A DNA stretch of 64,000 nt from the sequence record MT708547.1. One strand, 5' to 3'. The position numbers and the translations under genes are program-made. The notes below the pieces were generated by a model. It made no database searches. It was not told the DNA's origin and saw only the letters and a program-made list of their open reading frames with translations. Numbering within the stretch: position 1 is the first letter of the stretch; every line of letters begins with the position of its first letter. This document shows, piece by piece, positions 31,907 through 42,290 of this stretch.

Positions 31907-32271
31907 ATAAAGATCTTACAAAATTAGTTGAAGACCTACGGAATATGCCGAAAATTGAACAAGTTGGGCCGTGTAAACGTTTTTTGGTTATTGCACGTGC
32001 ATTAGATAGAAAGGGTCGTGTACTCAGTACTAAAACTAATTCATACACACAAACACATCCAGTACAGAAGAAGTTTGCAGTTAGGGCTGGGCGGTGTGAA
32101 GCTGTATGGCTCCATGCAGAAATTCGTTGTTTGTTAGCTGCAAGAAAAGATGTTCATACGTTACTAATTGCCAGAATTAACAAAGAAGGTCTTCCTGTTC
32201 CAGCAAAGCCATGTTCTGTTTGTGAACTGGCTATAAAAGAATATGGTGTAAAAAGGGTGATTTATACATGA
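31903..32271 (+). CDS. Zinc-dependent cytidine/adenosine deaminase-fold protein
   Basis: HAEIRC and PCSVC motifs. Confidence 0.7.
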   Translation: MNKDLTKLVEDLRNMPKIEQVGPCKRFLVIARALDRKGRVLSTKTNSYTQTHPVQKKFAVRAGRCEAVWLHAEIRCLLAARKDVHTLLIARINKEGLPVPAKPCSVCELAIKEYGVKRVIYT

Positions 32272-32567
32272 AAAATATTTTTAAAAAAGAATATGATGGT
32301 GAAAGCCTTTGTGATGTTCAACGAGATGTTGTTGAAGCATTCAGTACAGTATTCAATCCAGAAATGATTGATATCCCAGTCGATGAATACGGATTTCAGG
32401 AAGGTACATTTGTTGTAAGTATTAAATGGAAGCCAGAATAATGCGTGATCTTATTATGTTCTTTTCTGCAATCATAGGATTATGTACTTATTATTTTTCC
32501 AATCATTATATTATAGCTATGGTATTTGCTATTATATATATTGCACTTTACAGTACTGACGACGAAT

Positions 32568-32591
32568 AAAAGCACCCCAGCGGTGCTTTTT
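32568..32591 (+). terminator. Intrinsic terminator
   Basis: AAAAGCACC-ccagc-GGTGCTTTT followed by T. Confidence 0.75.
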
Positions 32592-32725
32592 GTATTTGTA
32601 CAAAATATAATCTAAGTGACTTTTTATTGATTTAAATCAAGAATAAAATCACCTTTTAGTGATATAATATGTTACGTAGCATTTAAATAAATCTACCACA
32701 TAATAAAAAAAATCAAGGAAGAAAA

Positions 32726-34531
32726 ATGAATTCAAATAAATTATATGAAGATATTGAAAATTTTATTAATAATACAAATAAAGATATTACTACTGAAAAT
32801 GCTAATAAAGATGCCAAAGTAGTTAATACACATAGAGATTTATTTGCTGGTATCCTTTCTAAACATTACGCCCAAGATACTATCCCAGAAGAATTTATTA
32901 AATGGCACAATGATGGTTATGGACACTGCCACGATTTAGATTACTGGATCTCACCATTAACAAATTGCTGCCTTATTAATTATCCAGATATGCTTAGAAA
33001 TGGTTTTAAAATTGGTAGTGCTAACATTGAAGAACCAAAAAGTTTTTCTGTGGCTTGTACGGTACTAACACAGATTGTGCAAGCGGTTGCAAGTTCACAA
33101 TATGGTGGACAATCATTAGCTCACATTGACAAATATTTAGAACCATATGTTCAAATGTCATGGAATAAACTATTAGAAAAACAAAAGAAATATAATTTAA
33201 GCACCGAATTCATTGAAGACGAATTAAAAAAAGAAGTTTATGATGGGTGTCAAACATTTTTATATCAATTAAACAGTACTGTGTCCGTGTCAGGTCAAAC
33301 CCCTTTCATATCTATTAGTTTAGGTTTAAGTACTACTAAATTTGGACGTTTAATTACTGAACAATATTTAAAAGTTCATGAAAAAGGTTTAGGTAAAGAT
33401 GGTATTACTCCAGTATTTCCTAAAGTTATTTTCTTTTTAGAAGATGGTATTAATACTAATAGTACTGATCCAAATTATGATTTAAAACAACAAGCATTAC
33501 ATTGTAGTTCTAAAAGAATTTATCCTGATTTCGTTAGTGTTACATTGAATAAAGAAACCACAGGTAGTACTTCTGAAGCTGTTACTCCAATGGGTTGTCG
33601 TTCATTCCTTTCCAAATGGATAAATGAAGATGGTGAAGAGCAATATAATGGCCGTTGTAATTTAGGGGTGGCATCAATCAACCTACCGTTAATTGCTCTT
33701 GAAAGTACGTCAGATGACGTTTTCTTTGACAAGTTACACCATCACATGGACATGGCATATCGCTTCTTATCGCTTCGTGTAGAGCGTTTAAAAGGCACAA
33801 AAGCCCGACAGAACCCAGTACTGTACATGTACGGAGCCTTAGCTCGTTTAGATCCAGATGAGACTATCGAACAACTATTTTACAATGGCAGAAGTTCCAT
33901 TAGTATTGGGTATGTTGGTTTATCTGAATGTTCTGAAATTCTTAAAGGAAAAATAGACAAAGATTTTGGATTAAAAGTACTAAAATATATGCAAATGAAA
34001 TGCAATCAATATAAAGAAGAAACTAATATCGCATATAGTTTATATGGAACACCAGCCGAAAGTTTGTGTTATAAATTTGCAAAAATTATTAATGAGAAAT
34101 ACCCCTCTGTATTGAATAGAGATTACATTAGTAATTCATTTCATTATCCAGTTCATTATGATATTTCAATTTTCGATAAATTTCAATATGAAAGTTTATT
34201 TGGAAATATCAGTTCAGGTGGTAATATTAGTTATGTTGAAACTCCAAATCTTTCTAATAATTTAAAAGCATTAGAAACTATAGTTGATTATGCCAGAACG
34301 AAAGTACAATATTTCGGTATAAATCAACCAGTGGATCACTGCTATGAATGTGGATATGATGGACAATTCAACGTAGATAAAAATGGATATAATTGCCCAC
34401 ACTGTGGTAATAATGATGAAAGTACTATATCAGTTATTAGACGTGTTTCAGGTTATCTTGGTGCACCAAATAGTCGTCCGTTCAATAAGGGAAAACAAGC
34501 CGAAGTAATTGAAAGAATTAAACACCAATAA
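32726..34531 (+). CDS. nrdD: Anaerobic (class III) ribonucleoside-triphosphate reductase large subunit
   Basis: [55 protein letters not shown] glycyl-radical loop. Confidence 0.95.
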   Translation: MNSNKLYEDIENFINNTNKDITTENANKDAKVVNTHRDLFAGILSKHYAQDTIPEEFIKWHNDGYGHCHDLDYWISPLTNCCLINYPDMLRNGFKIGSANIEEPKSFSVACTVLTQIVQAVASSQYGGQSLAHIDKYLEPYVQMSWNKLLEKQKKYNLSTEFIEDELKKEVYDGCQTFLYQLNSTVSVSGQTPFISISLGLSTTKFGRLITEQYLKVHEKGLGKDGITPVFPKVIFFLEDGINTNSTDPNYDLKQQALHCSSKRIYPDFVSVTLNKETTGSTSEAVTPMGCRSFLSKWINEDGEEQYNGRCNLGVASINLPLIALESTSDDVFFDKLHHHMDMAYRFLSLRVERLKGTKARQNPVLYMYGALARLDPDETIEQLFYNGRSSISIGYVGLSECSEILKGKIDKDFGLKVLKYMQMKCNQYKEETNIAYSLYGTPAESLCYKFAKIINEKYPSVLNRDYISNSFHYPVHYDISIFDKFQYESLFGNISSGGNISYVETPNLSNNLKALETIVDYARTKVQYFGINQPVDHCYECGYDGQFNVDKNGYNCPHCGNNDESTISVIRRVSGYLGAPNSRPFNKGKQAEVIERIKHQ

Positions 34532-34541
34532 GGAGTCAATT

Positions 34542-34904
34542 ATGACAATTAAAGCAAAACAAATTTTATCCGGCGAACATACTGGAACAATCTTTTTACA
34601 CGATGATGAATATGCACGTATTTTAGTATCAAAAACATTTTCAGAAGATGATGAAGTATTATTCAGTACTTTTGAAAATGAAGAAATGCGTGAAGTTGAT
34701 ATTCAAGAACAACCCAAAATTGAAGGTGGTCAACATTTAAATGTAAATGTATTATCACGTTCTCAATTAGAAGAAGCACAGAAATTTCCTGAAAAATATC
34801 CTCAACTTACTATTCGTGTTTCTGGATATGCAGTTCGTTTTAATTCTCTTACGAAAGAACAACAAAATGATGTAATTTCACGAACTTTCACTACTAAGTT
34901 CTAA
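34542..34904 (+). CDS. grcA: Autonomous glycyl radical cofactor GrcA (YfiD)
   Basis: [38 protein letters not shown]; SD AAGGAG before ATG 34542. Confidence 0.93.
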   Translation: MTIKAKQILSGEHTGTIFLHDDEYARILVSKTFSEDDEVLFSTFENEEMREVDIQEQPKIEGGQHLNVNVLSRSQLEEAQKFPEKYPQLTIRVSGYAVRFNSLTKEQQNDVISRTFTTKF

Positions 34905-34908
34905 TGTA

Positions 34909-35256
34909 ATGTTTTTTGAATATAATGATGAAAATATATATCCAATTGTGGTTAATAAGTACAAAGAACCATATGATGTATATATTGGAAGAGGTTCAAA
35001 ATGGGGGAATCCATTCACTCACATAAAAAATCGTGATACGAAAGCTGAGTTTATTGTTAATACCAGAGAAGAATCTATTTCAAAATATAGAGAATGGATA
35101 TTTGATAAAATTGAAAACGGTGAAATTACCATTGATGAGTTACTAGAATTATCTGGTAAAAAATTAGGATGTTTTTGTAAGCCTAAATCATGTCATGGTG
35201 ATGTTCTTGTGGAAATAGTGAGTGCATTATTAGATGAATTATCAAACAATAATTAA
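34909..35256 (+). CDS. DUF4326-type protein
   Basis: YDVYIGRGSKWGNPF...LGCFCKPKSCHGDVL. Confidence 0.75.
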   Translation: MFFEYNDENIYPIVVNKYKEPYDVYIGRGSKWGNPFTHIKNRDTKAEFIVNTREESISKYREWIFDKIENGEITIDELLELSGKKLGCFCKPKSCHGDVLVEIVSALLDELSNNN

Positions 35257-35692
35257 AGATGACTTAATAAATGGGGAGGGAGTTAGATGCTCCCTTTTTG
35301 TTTCGGGTTGTTCAATGGGTTGTAAAAATTGCTACAATGAAAAAGCATGGGATTATAGAAGCGGTACTGAATTCGGCACTGAACAAGTTGAACTTATACT
35401 AAACGAATTATCTAAATCATATGTATCAGGATTATCATTACTTGGTGGTGATCCACTTGCTCCAAAAAATTGTAGTACTGTAATCGAACTATGTAAAGTT
35501 GTTAAAGAAAAATACCCAGACAAAACCATATGGTGTTGGTCTGGGTATACATTAGAAGAGATACAAAACAATCATGCAAAAGATATATTACAGTACTGTG
35601 ATGTATTGGTTGATGGTAAATTCATAAATGAATTAAAAGATTTATCATTACCATATAGGGGATCATCAAATCAAAGAATAATAAAATTTTAA
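35234..35692 (+). CDS. nrdG: Anaerobic RNR activating enzyme (radical SAM)
   Basis: NGEGVR, GCSMGCKNCYN (CxxxCxxC), GGDPL, DVLVDGKF, GSSNQR. Confidence 0.93.
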   Translation: MNYQTIIKDDLINGEGVRCSLFVSGCSMGCKNCYNEKAWDYRSGTEFGTEQVELILNELSKSYVSGLSLLGGDPLAPKNCSTVIELCKVVKEKYPDKTIWCWSGYTLEEIQNNHAKDILQYCDVLVDGKFINELKDLSLPYRGSSNQRIIKF

Positions 35693-35775
35693 TTATAAAT
35701 TATTTTCTATATTATAGAACAATTTTCAAAACATTATCATTTTCTTAATCTCTCCATATAGAACCAGATGGCAAT

Positions 35776-36086
35776 CTAGTTGGACATGCTCACATGGTTC
35801 TTGAATAAAGTGTGTAAACGTTCTTCTAAGCGAGCCAGTAAAACTGCTGGTGATTCATCATTCATACATTAAGCTTTAACATATATAATCAATAAAACCC
35901 GTCAGTGTTTTGCTGGCGGGGAGTGTAATCCTACATCATAGTGAGACGGACCTGCCACCTTAGATATTCATCCACACCATGTCACCACTACAGAACCGCT
36001 AAACATCAGTACCTATCGGCATGGTGCTGGCTTAAATCTGTCCCCGTATACCAGATATCAAATGCGTCGTTAGTTTCAGTTTCCAT
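35776..36086 (-). pseudogene. Co-captured donor debris after tail spike: 26-aa ORF (36006-36086), hairpin, truncated holin-like ORF (35776-35865)
   Basis: GC-richer tract; MNDESPAVLLARLEERLHTLFKNHVSMSN* then IAIWFY on read-through; hairpin CCCGTCAGT-gtttt-GCTGGCGGG. Confidence 0.35.
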
Positions 36087-36087
36087 A

Positions 36088-37959
36088 TTATGCCCTTAAT
36101 CTTGCGTTAATAATTCGGCTTGCAGAGTCAATAGCTGTTAATGTGACGGTTAGTGTGGTGCCATCCGCAGAGATAGCAAAAGCCAGAGAAACCCCGGTTG
36201 GAGAAGCAGAAGCGATCCCCCACGTCCCACTACCAAGGGTAGAGAAAGTTCTAACAGAAGCCGTATCTACCGCTAAAGCAGCCGACGCTTGCTCACGAGA
36301 GATAATTAAGTTGACAGAGTAATACGCAACTGCTCCTGTATTTGTATTATTACGCACTCTAAATTCCAGAGTACGAACAAGCAAATCAGCGGTGTACCGT
36401 GAAAAGGTCTGTGATGTCGTTGTGAAAGTTAGGGTTGCGGTGCTGCCCGCTCCAGATAGCGACAGGGATGACACGGCATCACCGAGGTATTGCACACCAT
36501 TACTAATGCGGCGAAGACCGAAATTCTTCTCATCTTCCACGCCAGAGCAACCGAGCACTGATAACGCCTTAACCAATCCCGAGCGTAGCCATGATGACCC
36601 TGTATAGCCTGATAGGTTGGATGCTGAAGCCCGGAAACTTTTCTCATCAGAAGAGCTACCGCCAGTGGCTAGTATATATGTTGGTGATTGTCTACCTGAA
36701 CCATCATCGTTTGCACCTGTAGTGGTAAAAACTGCGGTTTGTATTATAGAAGAACCATCACCTTCGATATAATAGTGAGCATCCTCCGCACTACCCTCAG
36801 TTGCCAATCTTCCTGAACGCTGCACTGCTACACCAGAAAGGGTAAACTGGGCCCCACCAGTGGCAGCTACTGCACGTTTACCAGCTCGGTCTATCAACTC
36901 ACCCTGAATCAGGATTCGCTTACACCCATATCCAAAATAGTTATCACCATTATTCCATTCGTTTCTGACACCAATGAATGAGTTATTATTTGCCCCAGTC
37001 ATCAGCTCAACACCATGGTTACGATTGGCATTAATGTTCGTCCCTATGAACAGAGAGTCGATAACGTTACGTACACCTATGGTATTGCTCGCAATTGAAC
37101 AGTCAAGCACTCTAATACCTGCCGTATAGCCAGTGGAGCTTGACCCACCAACACCTATAGACCATCTATAAAAGCCACACCTGTAGTATTGGCAATTTTG
37201 AGTCTGGTCGGACCCAATCCCTCTCATAAAAGGGATGGATCTATCGCGGCCATCAAAACTGATATTAAAAAATCTATGACTGTTCGTTAGAATGAAGATA
37301 GATGGTGAACCGGATGCAAGCCTTAAAACCGTCCCTTTATTATTGAATGACGCATCTGAATACGCTGTGTATGGCCTGAATGAAACTCCAGTCATAGAAA
37401 AGCCAGAAGGAAGAGTTACAGGAGAAGCTCCGAGAACATAAATTCCCTTTACTGGTGGGAAATGGAGTTCCATAACACCATCGTCGATGGCAGCTTGTAG
37501 GGCATAATCTACGACAACTTCTGTTCCTACAGTCCCTTTTATGGCTAATTGGTCTGTTTTGGTCATGTACGAAAAAATATTTGCCCGCACAACATCCCTA
37601 ACTGATGCCTGGCCAATATTAATCAACGAAGCACCTAACGTGGGTTCACTAGAGCTTAGGTTTTCTCGAAGAGTATCAACTGATTCAAAAATTTTTATTG
37701 TGTATGTTTGTATAGATGTGGTTATAATCATAGTGTCTTCATCTTGAATAACCCATGAATATATAGTACCAGTTTCATTACCATTAAGAGTCCAGATAGT
37801 TTCAGTACTTGTATCATATAGAAATTTTAGTCCAGAAATATCCAAACCATTGTCTAAGTATTGTACTTCTTCAATTTTGGAACCGGTTATTCTTGCAATA
37901 CTTTGTTTATTAGTTTCTTTTGATACTGAACCTTTCGGTTGAATTAAATTATTTGTCAT
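36088..37959 (-). CDS. Tail spike / capsule depolymerase (short QPKGS N-terminal anchor family)
   Basis: N-terminal about 90 aa shared with 40739 and 44195; pectin-lyase-like entry LQAAID...HFPP..G.Y, beta-helix composition. Confidence 0.85.
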   Translation of the reverse strand: MTNNLIQPKGSVSKETNKQSIARITGSKIEEVQYLDNGLDISGLKFLYDTSTETIWTLNGNETGTIYSWVIQDEDTMIITTSIQTYTIKIFESVDTLRENLSSSEPTLGASLINIGQASVRDVVRANIFSYMTKTDQLAIKGTVGTEVVVDYALQAAIDDGVMELHFPPVKGIYVLGASPVTLPSGFSMTGVSFRPYTAYSDASFNNKGTVLRLASGSPSIFILTNSHRFFNISFDGRDRSIPFMRGIGSDQTQNCQYYRCGFYRWSIGVGGSSSTGYTAGIRVLDCSIASNTIGVRNVIDSLFIGTNINANRNHGVELMTGANNNSFIGVRNEWNNGDNYFGYGCKRILIQGELIDRAGKRAVAATGGAQFTLSGVAVQRSGRLATEGSAEDAHYYIEGDGSSIIQTAVFTTTGANDDGSGRQSPTYILATGGSSSDEKSFRASASNLSGYTGSSWLRSGLVKALSVLGCSGVEDEKNFGLRRISNGVQYLGDAVSSLSLSGAGSTATLTFTTTSQTFSRYTADLLVRTLEFRVRNNTNTGAVAYYSVNLIISREQASAALAVDTASVRTFSTLGSGTWGIASASPTGVSLAFAISADGTTLTVTLTAIDSASRIINARLRA

Positions 37960-38020
37960 TTATAATTCTCCAAATATAATTATAATAATATTTATAATAA
38001 TATTTATAATAAAAAAAGCC
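37960..38020 (-). promoter_or_regulatory. Late promoter/RBS cassette with two TATAAATA boxes
   Basis: TATAAATA on - strand at 37989-96 and 38001-08; SD GGAG; near-identical to 44196-44244. Confidence 0.75.
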
Positions 38021-38171
38021 AGTTAACTCTGGTATTTCTAAACTACCTTATCTAAGTTATTTTTTTGAGTAGTAGAGATATAATCAAGAACCAAATTGTA
38101 AAGTTTTGAAAGAATATTATATAAAAGATAAAATTGATAAACTAATGATATATTTCATATTACTAGTACAT

Positions 38172-38200
38172 AAAAAGCCCTCAATTGAGGGCTTTTCTTT
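38172..38200 (-). terminator. Palindromic (bidirectional) terminator
   Basis: AAAAGCCCTCAATTGAGGGCTTTT. Confidence 0.75.
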
Positions 38201-38298
38201 TATTGCTTTACCTCTTTTGAAATTAAGGTACCAACTTAGTCAATTTAAGAGTTTATTACAATAGTAATAAGTCATAGTCAGTCTTGACCATATAAAGG

Positions 38299-38499
38299 TT
38301 ATCCGCCAAAAACAATCGAGCATTGATTAGCAGACTTTCCGACAGCAAATGTGTCGTACACTCGCTCAAGAATAACGCTGGTATCAGTTTCATCGGTGTC
38401 CAGCATCCCGGCCAGTTCTCCGTATGCTGTGCTCTCTTTGCTTGTCACGGTGTAAAAATCCGTCTCACCTTCAGTTAATTTATAAACGTACATAATCAC
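38299..38499 (-). CDS. Small protein coupled to 747-aa tail spike (possible accessory/chaperone)
   Basis: Start overlaps tail-spike stop; same GC-richer composition. Confidence 0.55.
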   Translation of the reverse strand: MIMYVYKLTEGETDFYTVTSKESTAYGELAGMLDTDETDTSVILERVYDTFAVGKSANQCSIVFGG

Positions 38500-40739
38500 T
38501 CCTTCCAGAACGCAGGTAGTCTAATTTTGTAAGAACCCTGAGCACCAACAAACGAAAGTGCGGGAACCACCACAATAGAGCCACCATATGATGCAACAGC
38601 CGACGCAGGCACGGATGCTGAACATTGCAGTGAAATCAGACCACTACCATCACCTCCCGAGGTAGAATAGTCTGCAACTTTTATATCGCTCCCATAAAGA
38701 GTTCCTATTTGAGTTGACAAATCTGATGCACGATAAATCTGAAGGCGAAGTGTAACAAATAGTTCGCCACTGGTAATGCCAGCCGGGTTCATCGTTATCG
38801 CCCCATAAACTATCTCTTCAGGGTTGTTGAGTGGAATACGTATGTTGGTATTCTGTATAATAAAACGTGCATCAGTTGATGTTGAAGAAACATTAACTTC
38901 CTGTGCTTGGGTGAATGTACTGGTGTCCGATGTGTCGATATTACCATACACGATGGTCAGGGCTGCATCGTTGTTAATAGTGGAGAACAACATTCTCGTT
39001 CCCGCATCTGTTGCACCTTTTAAGTTAGAACCTACATCCCCCGAAAAATTATATAGACCGAAGTTAAGAGAATGCTTGTAACTGGTCAGAGATGGTTCAG
39101 GAAATTTCAAGGTTCCTGTCCGTTTTAGTACAATTCTGTTCTGTGAACCAAGCTCAATAAGCGACAGGGATTTTGATGCGGTTTTACCTTTGAAATCAAT
39201 ATACATCCCGCCATCATAAATATAATCCGTGACATTTCCTCTATTTTTGAAAATAGGTGATCTAGGCATTTCAGTTATTGGTGAGTTAATACGTGGGAGT
39301 ATATAAGTTCCTTGGTTAAAAAATAAATGATTATGCAAATCCGCAGCCCAGGCACCGGATGGTTCAGCACTATATACGTAGTGACCAGCACCATACCCCT
39401 CTATCCAGCACTCATTGGTAAAAATAAACCGATTCCCTCGTCCGTAATAACTGAAACAAATAGCATCCCCACCATTGTAGTCAATACTGACACTGTCAAA
39501 AACAATACCAGCGGAGATTGCCCCCCAATATATACCATGGGATGTGTTATTACCAATAACACCATTGACAAAACGGATACGTTCTCCGCCGTTAGACACA
39601 TCAGCAATTGTATTTCCGAGGCCATAATAATTATATACAAAGTTGTAGTTACTAATGGTATTAAGGTATTGACTTTTTACAGTCATGTCAAAACCGTAAT
39701 AAAACCCACGGATTTTTATGTTATCTATCGTGTATCCTCGGATATTTAAAATATTTGATGATACCGTATTACCCTCCGAGTTACCGAAAAATACACCACT
39801 GGCAGTACTGGTAATGCCGTCGGCGGAAATACCTACGACCTCAATCTCGCCAGTCAGTGATCTGAAGCAGCCCTGGTGCTGATGCACTAGGAGGCCAATT
39901 GCCCATCCTGACAGACCATATGTCTGATAATAGTAGTAATTATCAACAGAAATGGCTTTACCACTATTACCTGCATATTTAAGTTCAGCATTTCCTTCAA
40001 ATTCGATTGAGAATAGAGAGCACACACGGAGAGTTGTATCCAGAGTCAGCGACAGTTTACTTCCAGTTTGGAACTTAGCGGGAATAGTGATTTTGGTATT
40101 ACCTGCCAGCATAGAGCCAGCCGAGATAATTTTCTGAACCTCTTTTGCCATTATATCATTCACTACAGTTGCAAAATTAGTTCCATCCACCTTAATACTT
40201 TCATGCATCCTAACATCTATCCCCCGGCTAACATCAGCTTTCCAGCGAGCACCATTGTTAGTAACGAAAACAGAATAGCCATCATCAGTTGTGGTGGTAT
40301 CACTAGCATCGTAAGTCAATACAGCATTAATTGTAGGCCCAGCTAGGTTGGACTGGTTTAGAACTATGGCCTGACCGTGGTTTGTTGGCTCTATGGTTCT
40401 AAGTTCAGCTATATTTTTACATCTACCAATTAACTTAAAACCATCACTTGCTCCTAAATTTGTTCTTAGATCTGCTAAAAGCAGATTATATGTCCCACTA
40501 CTGGTAATTAGTGTTAAAGTCTGTCCTGAAATACTCCAAGATATAGCTGATCCAGTAGCTAGTCCACGATACCAACAAGTTTGTGTATTTTCATCATATA
40601 AAATTGTATATGGATCTATAAGTACTGAAGTAGATAGATATTCTACCGAAGATTTTTTAATCCCAAAGATTCTAGCGATGGATTCTTTATTCGTCTCTCT
40701 TGATACTGATCCTTTTGGTTGTGTTAATTTGTTTGACAT
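38496..40739 (-). CDS. Tail spike / capsule depolymerase (QPKGS anchor family)
   Basis: Shared N-terminus MSNKLTQPKGSVSRETNKESIAR; GFKLIGRC..IAELRTIEP linker; beta-helix-like body. Confidence 0.85.
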   Translation of the reverse strand: MSNKLTQPKGSVSRETNKESIARIFGIKKSSVEYLSTSVLIDPYTILYDENTQTCWYRGLATGSAISWSISGQTLTLITSSGTYNLLLADLRTNLGASDGFKLIGRCKNIAELRTIEPTNHGQAIVLNQSNLAGPTINAVLTYDASDTTTTDDGYSVFVTNNGARWKADVSRGIDVRMHESIKVDGTNFATVVNDIMAKEVQKIISAGSMLAGNTKITIPAKFQTGSKLSLTLDTTLRVCSLFSIEFEGNAELKYAGNSGKAISVDNYYYYQTYGLSGWAIGLLVHQHQGCFRSLTGEIEVVGISADGITSTASGVFFGNSEGNTVSSNILNIRGYTIDNIKIRGFYYGFDMTVKSQYLNTISNYNFVYNYYGLGNTIADVSNGGERIRFVNGVIGNNTSHGIYWGAISAGIVFDSVSIDYNGGDAICFSYYGRGNRFIFTNECWIEGYGAGHYVYSAEPSGAWAADLHNHLFFNQGTYILPRINSPITEMPRSPIFKNRGNVTDYIYDGGMYIDFKGKTASKSLSLIELGSQNRIVLKRTGTLKFPEPSLTSYKHSLNFGLYNFSGDVGSNLKGATDAGTRMLFSTINNDAALTIVYGNIDTSDTSTFTQAQEVNVSSTSTDARFIIQNTNIRIPLNNPEEIVYGAITMNPAGITSGELFVTLRLQIYRASDLSTQIGTLYGSDIKVADYSTSGGDGSGLISLQCSASVPASAVASYGGSIVVVPALSFVGAQGSYKIRLPAFWKE

Positions 40740-40775
40740 ATTTATTCCTTAATAAATTGTAAACCTTACTTTTAT

Positions 40776-41600
40776 TTAATCTACAGCCTCTATTTCTATT
40801 GATACAGGGTATTTATCATCTGTAACATTAGATTGAGTACCATCTAAATTAACATCAAAGCCCAATGTATTTGTGGTACTATAAGTATTATCAACCAAGT
40901 CACCCGCATTGGTAATATAAAAAGGTAAGAAATTTTTATTACTAGCTGTAGATACAAAAGATGTGGAATTTGTAGAAACTGAAGGAACAGAATCTGTTCT
41001 TGTTGTTATACCGCCATTATTTGGTGTTTGTATATTTAGAATGTACTGTTGTTGGGTAGTAGATGATAAATTACAACGTAATGTTACTTTATATCTATGA
41101 TAAGATAGTAATCCAACAACACTTACAACAGAATTTTGCCCTTTAAAAAGAGTCCCTGTGATTTTACATTTCACACCAAGAGTTGTTACTATTGATTCAC
41201 CAGGGTATTCTGGATGAATAGTACTTGACCCATTTGGAATATCTGCAATAGCTAACCAAGGTCTTATTGTTAACGCTGTGGCCCCTGAATTTAACCAAAG
41301 TCCATCAATATTCTTATAATTCTCACATTTTAAATTAATATATCCAGTGGTGCCGGATTTTCGTACTGGTCTACACAGTTGAGAAGAAGACGTTATTGCA
41401 TTCGCCTCGAAACCATCATATCTAAATATTGTCCTGCCATTAATTTTTGCTTTATTTAAGGCTCATATTGCTGTACTATTTCCTCCAACTTCCCACCAAC
41501 CAGACATATCAATATCACAATTATATAAATTATCTGCCCTAGTTCCGTCCCCAACTTTAATCCCGACGTTCTGCATGGGTGCCTCGACTACAATGGATCA
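40776..41600 (-). pseudogene. C-terminal remnant of a tail spike
   Basis: Frame of ORF 40776-41174 stays open upstream to an in-frame TGA at 41463-65 and continues IVVEAPMQNVGIKVGDG...; no N-terminal anchor. Confidence 0.65.
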
Positions 41601-41967
41601 AGTAGAAATCTTCCTGATTGATGATGACAAATCTGTCCATTAACAAAGTCATCAAAATCACCGTTGATATTATCTGGGAGAATAAAACCAGATCCCATAT
41701 TGAATACCATATCTACAAGACAATCAAACTGACCATGAGTAAGGTTATGTCCATACTTGTTTACTTCAGCCTCTGCTTTAGCAAGGTCAGCATCAAGTAA
41801 TTGTTCAGCTCTGGTTTGTGAGATTGGTAAACCATGATAAACATCTGGCTCTGTGTGACCATAGCCTATAGTCCATGGTTTACCCCCAGTAGCTGGATCA
41901 GGGTATCACGTAACTTTAGCGATTCAAAATACTTAGTTACTTTTTTACCTTCATTGGAAATTTTCAT
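41588..41967 (-). pseudogene. Frameshifted, truncated GH24 (phage lysozyme) endolysin
   Basis: SD GAGG, MKISNEGKKVTKYFESLKLR, 1-nt frameshift at about 41906, YPDPATGGKPWTIGYGHT...QFDCLVDMVFNMG. Confidence 0.85.
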
Positions 41968-41981
41968 AGTTAATCCTCATT

Positions 41982-42003
41982 AAAAAGCCCCCGAAGGGGC
42001 TTT
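41982..42003 (-). terminator. Intrinsic terminator (UUCG loop on - strand)
   Basis: AAAGCCCC-TTCG-GGGGCTTTTT on - strand. Confidence 0.8.
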
Positions 42004-42006
42004 AAA

Positions 42007-42276
42007 TCAAATAGTTAAGGCATCAAAGACATCTCTTAAAGTTTGGTCTTCAATATAAGGTACTACCCGTTGGATGGTATCTACTTTAACCTTACCTGAA
42101 TCATATGCATCTTTAGATGCATAGATATCTAAGGAAACTTCCATGGAGTACTTAACTTCAGACGCCTCTTCAATTGTAATGGTATGCATAAAAATCTGAG
42201 CACCCACAACACAAATAAAAGCATCACTGATGGTCAAACCAGAATCAGTTGTAATAGCTTGAATTTTAGAAAGCAT
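42007..42276 (-). CDS. Small protein downstream of 634-aa tail spike (possible accessory/chaperone)
   Basis: SD AAGGGG, 14 nt after tail-spike stop; YASKDAYDSG motif. Confidence 0.6.
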   Translation of the reverse strand: MLSKIQAITTDSGLTISDAFICVVGAQIFMHTITIEEASEVKYSMEVSLDIYASKDAYDSGKVKVDTIQRVVPYIEDQTLRDVFDALTI

Positions 42277-42290
42277 TTTAATCCCCTTAC

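Noticed and set aside
32726-34531. Intron or intein in nrdD
   Set aside because: Continuous 601-aa ORF of normal T4-like size with all motifs in order
38020-38290. Possible fourth decayed gene between the terminator and late promoter
   Set aside because: Short AT-rich spacer with no recognisable frame or homology to the anchors
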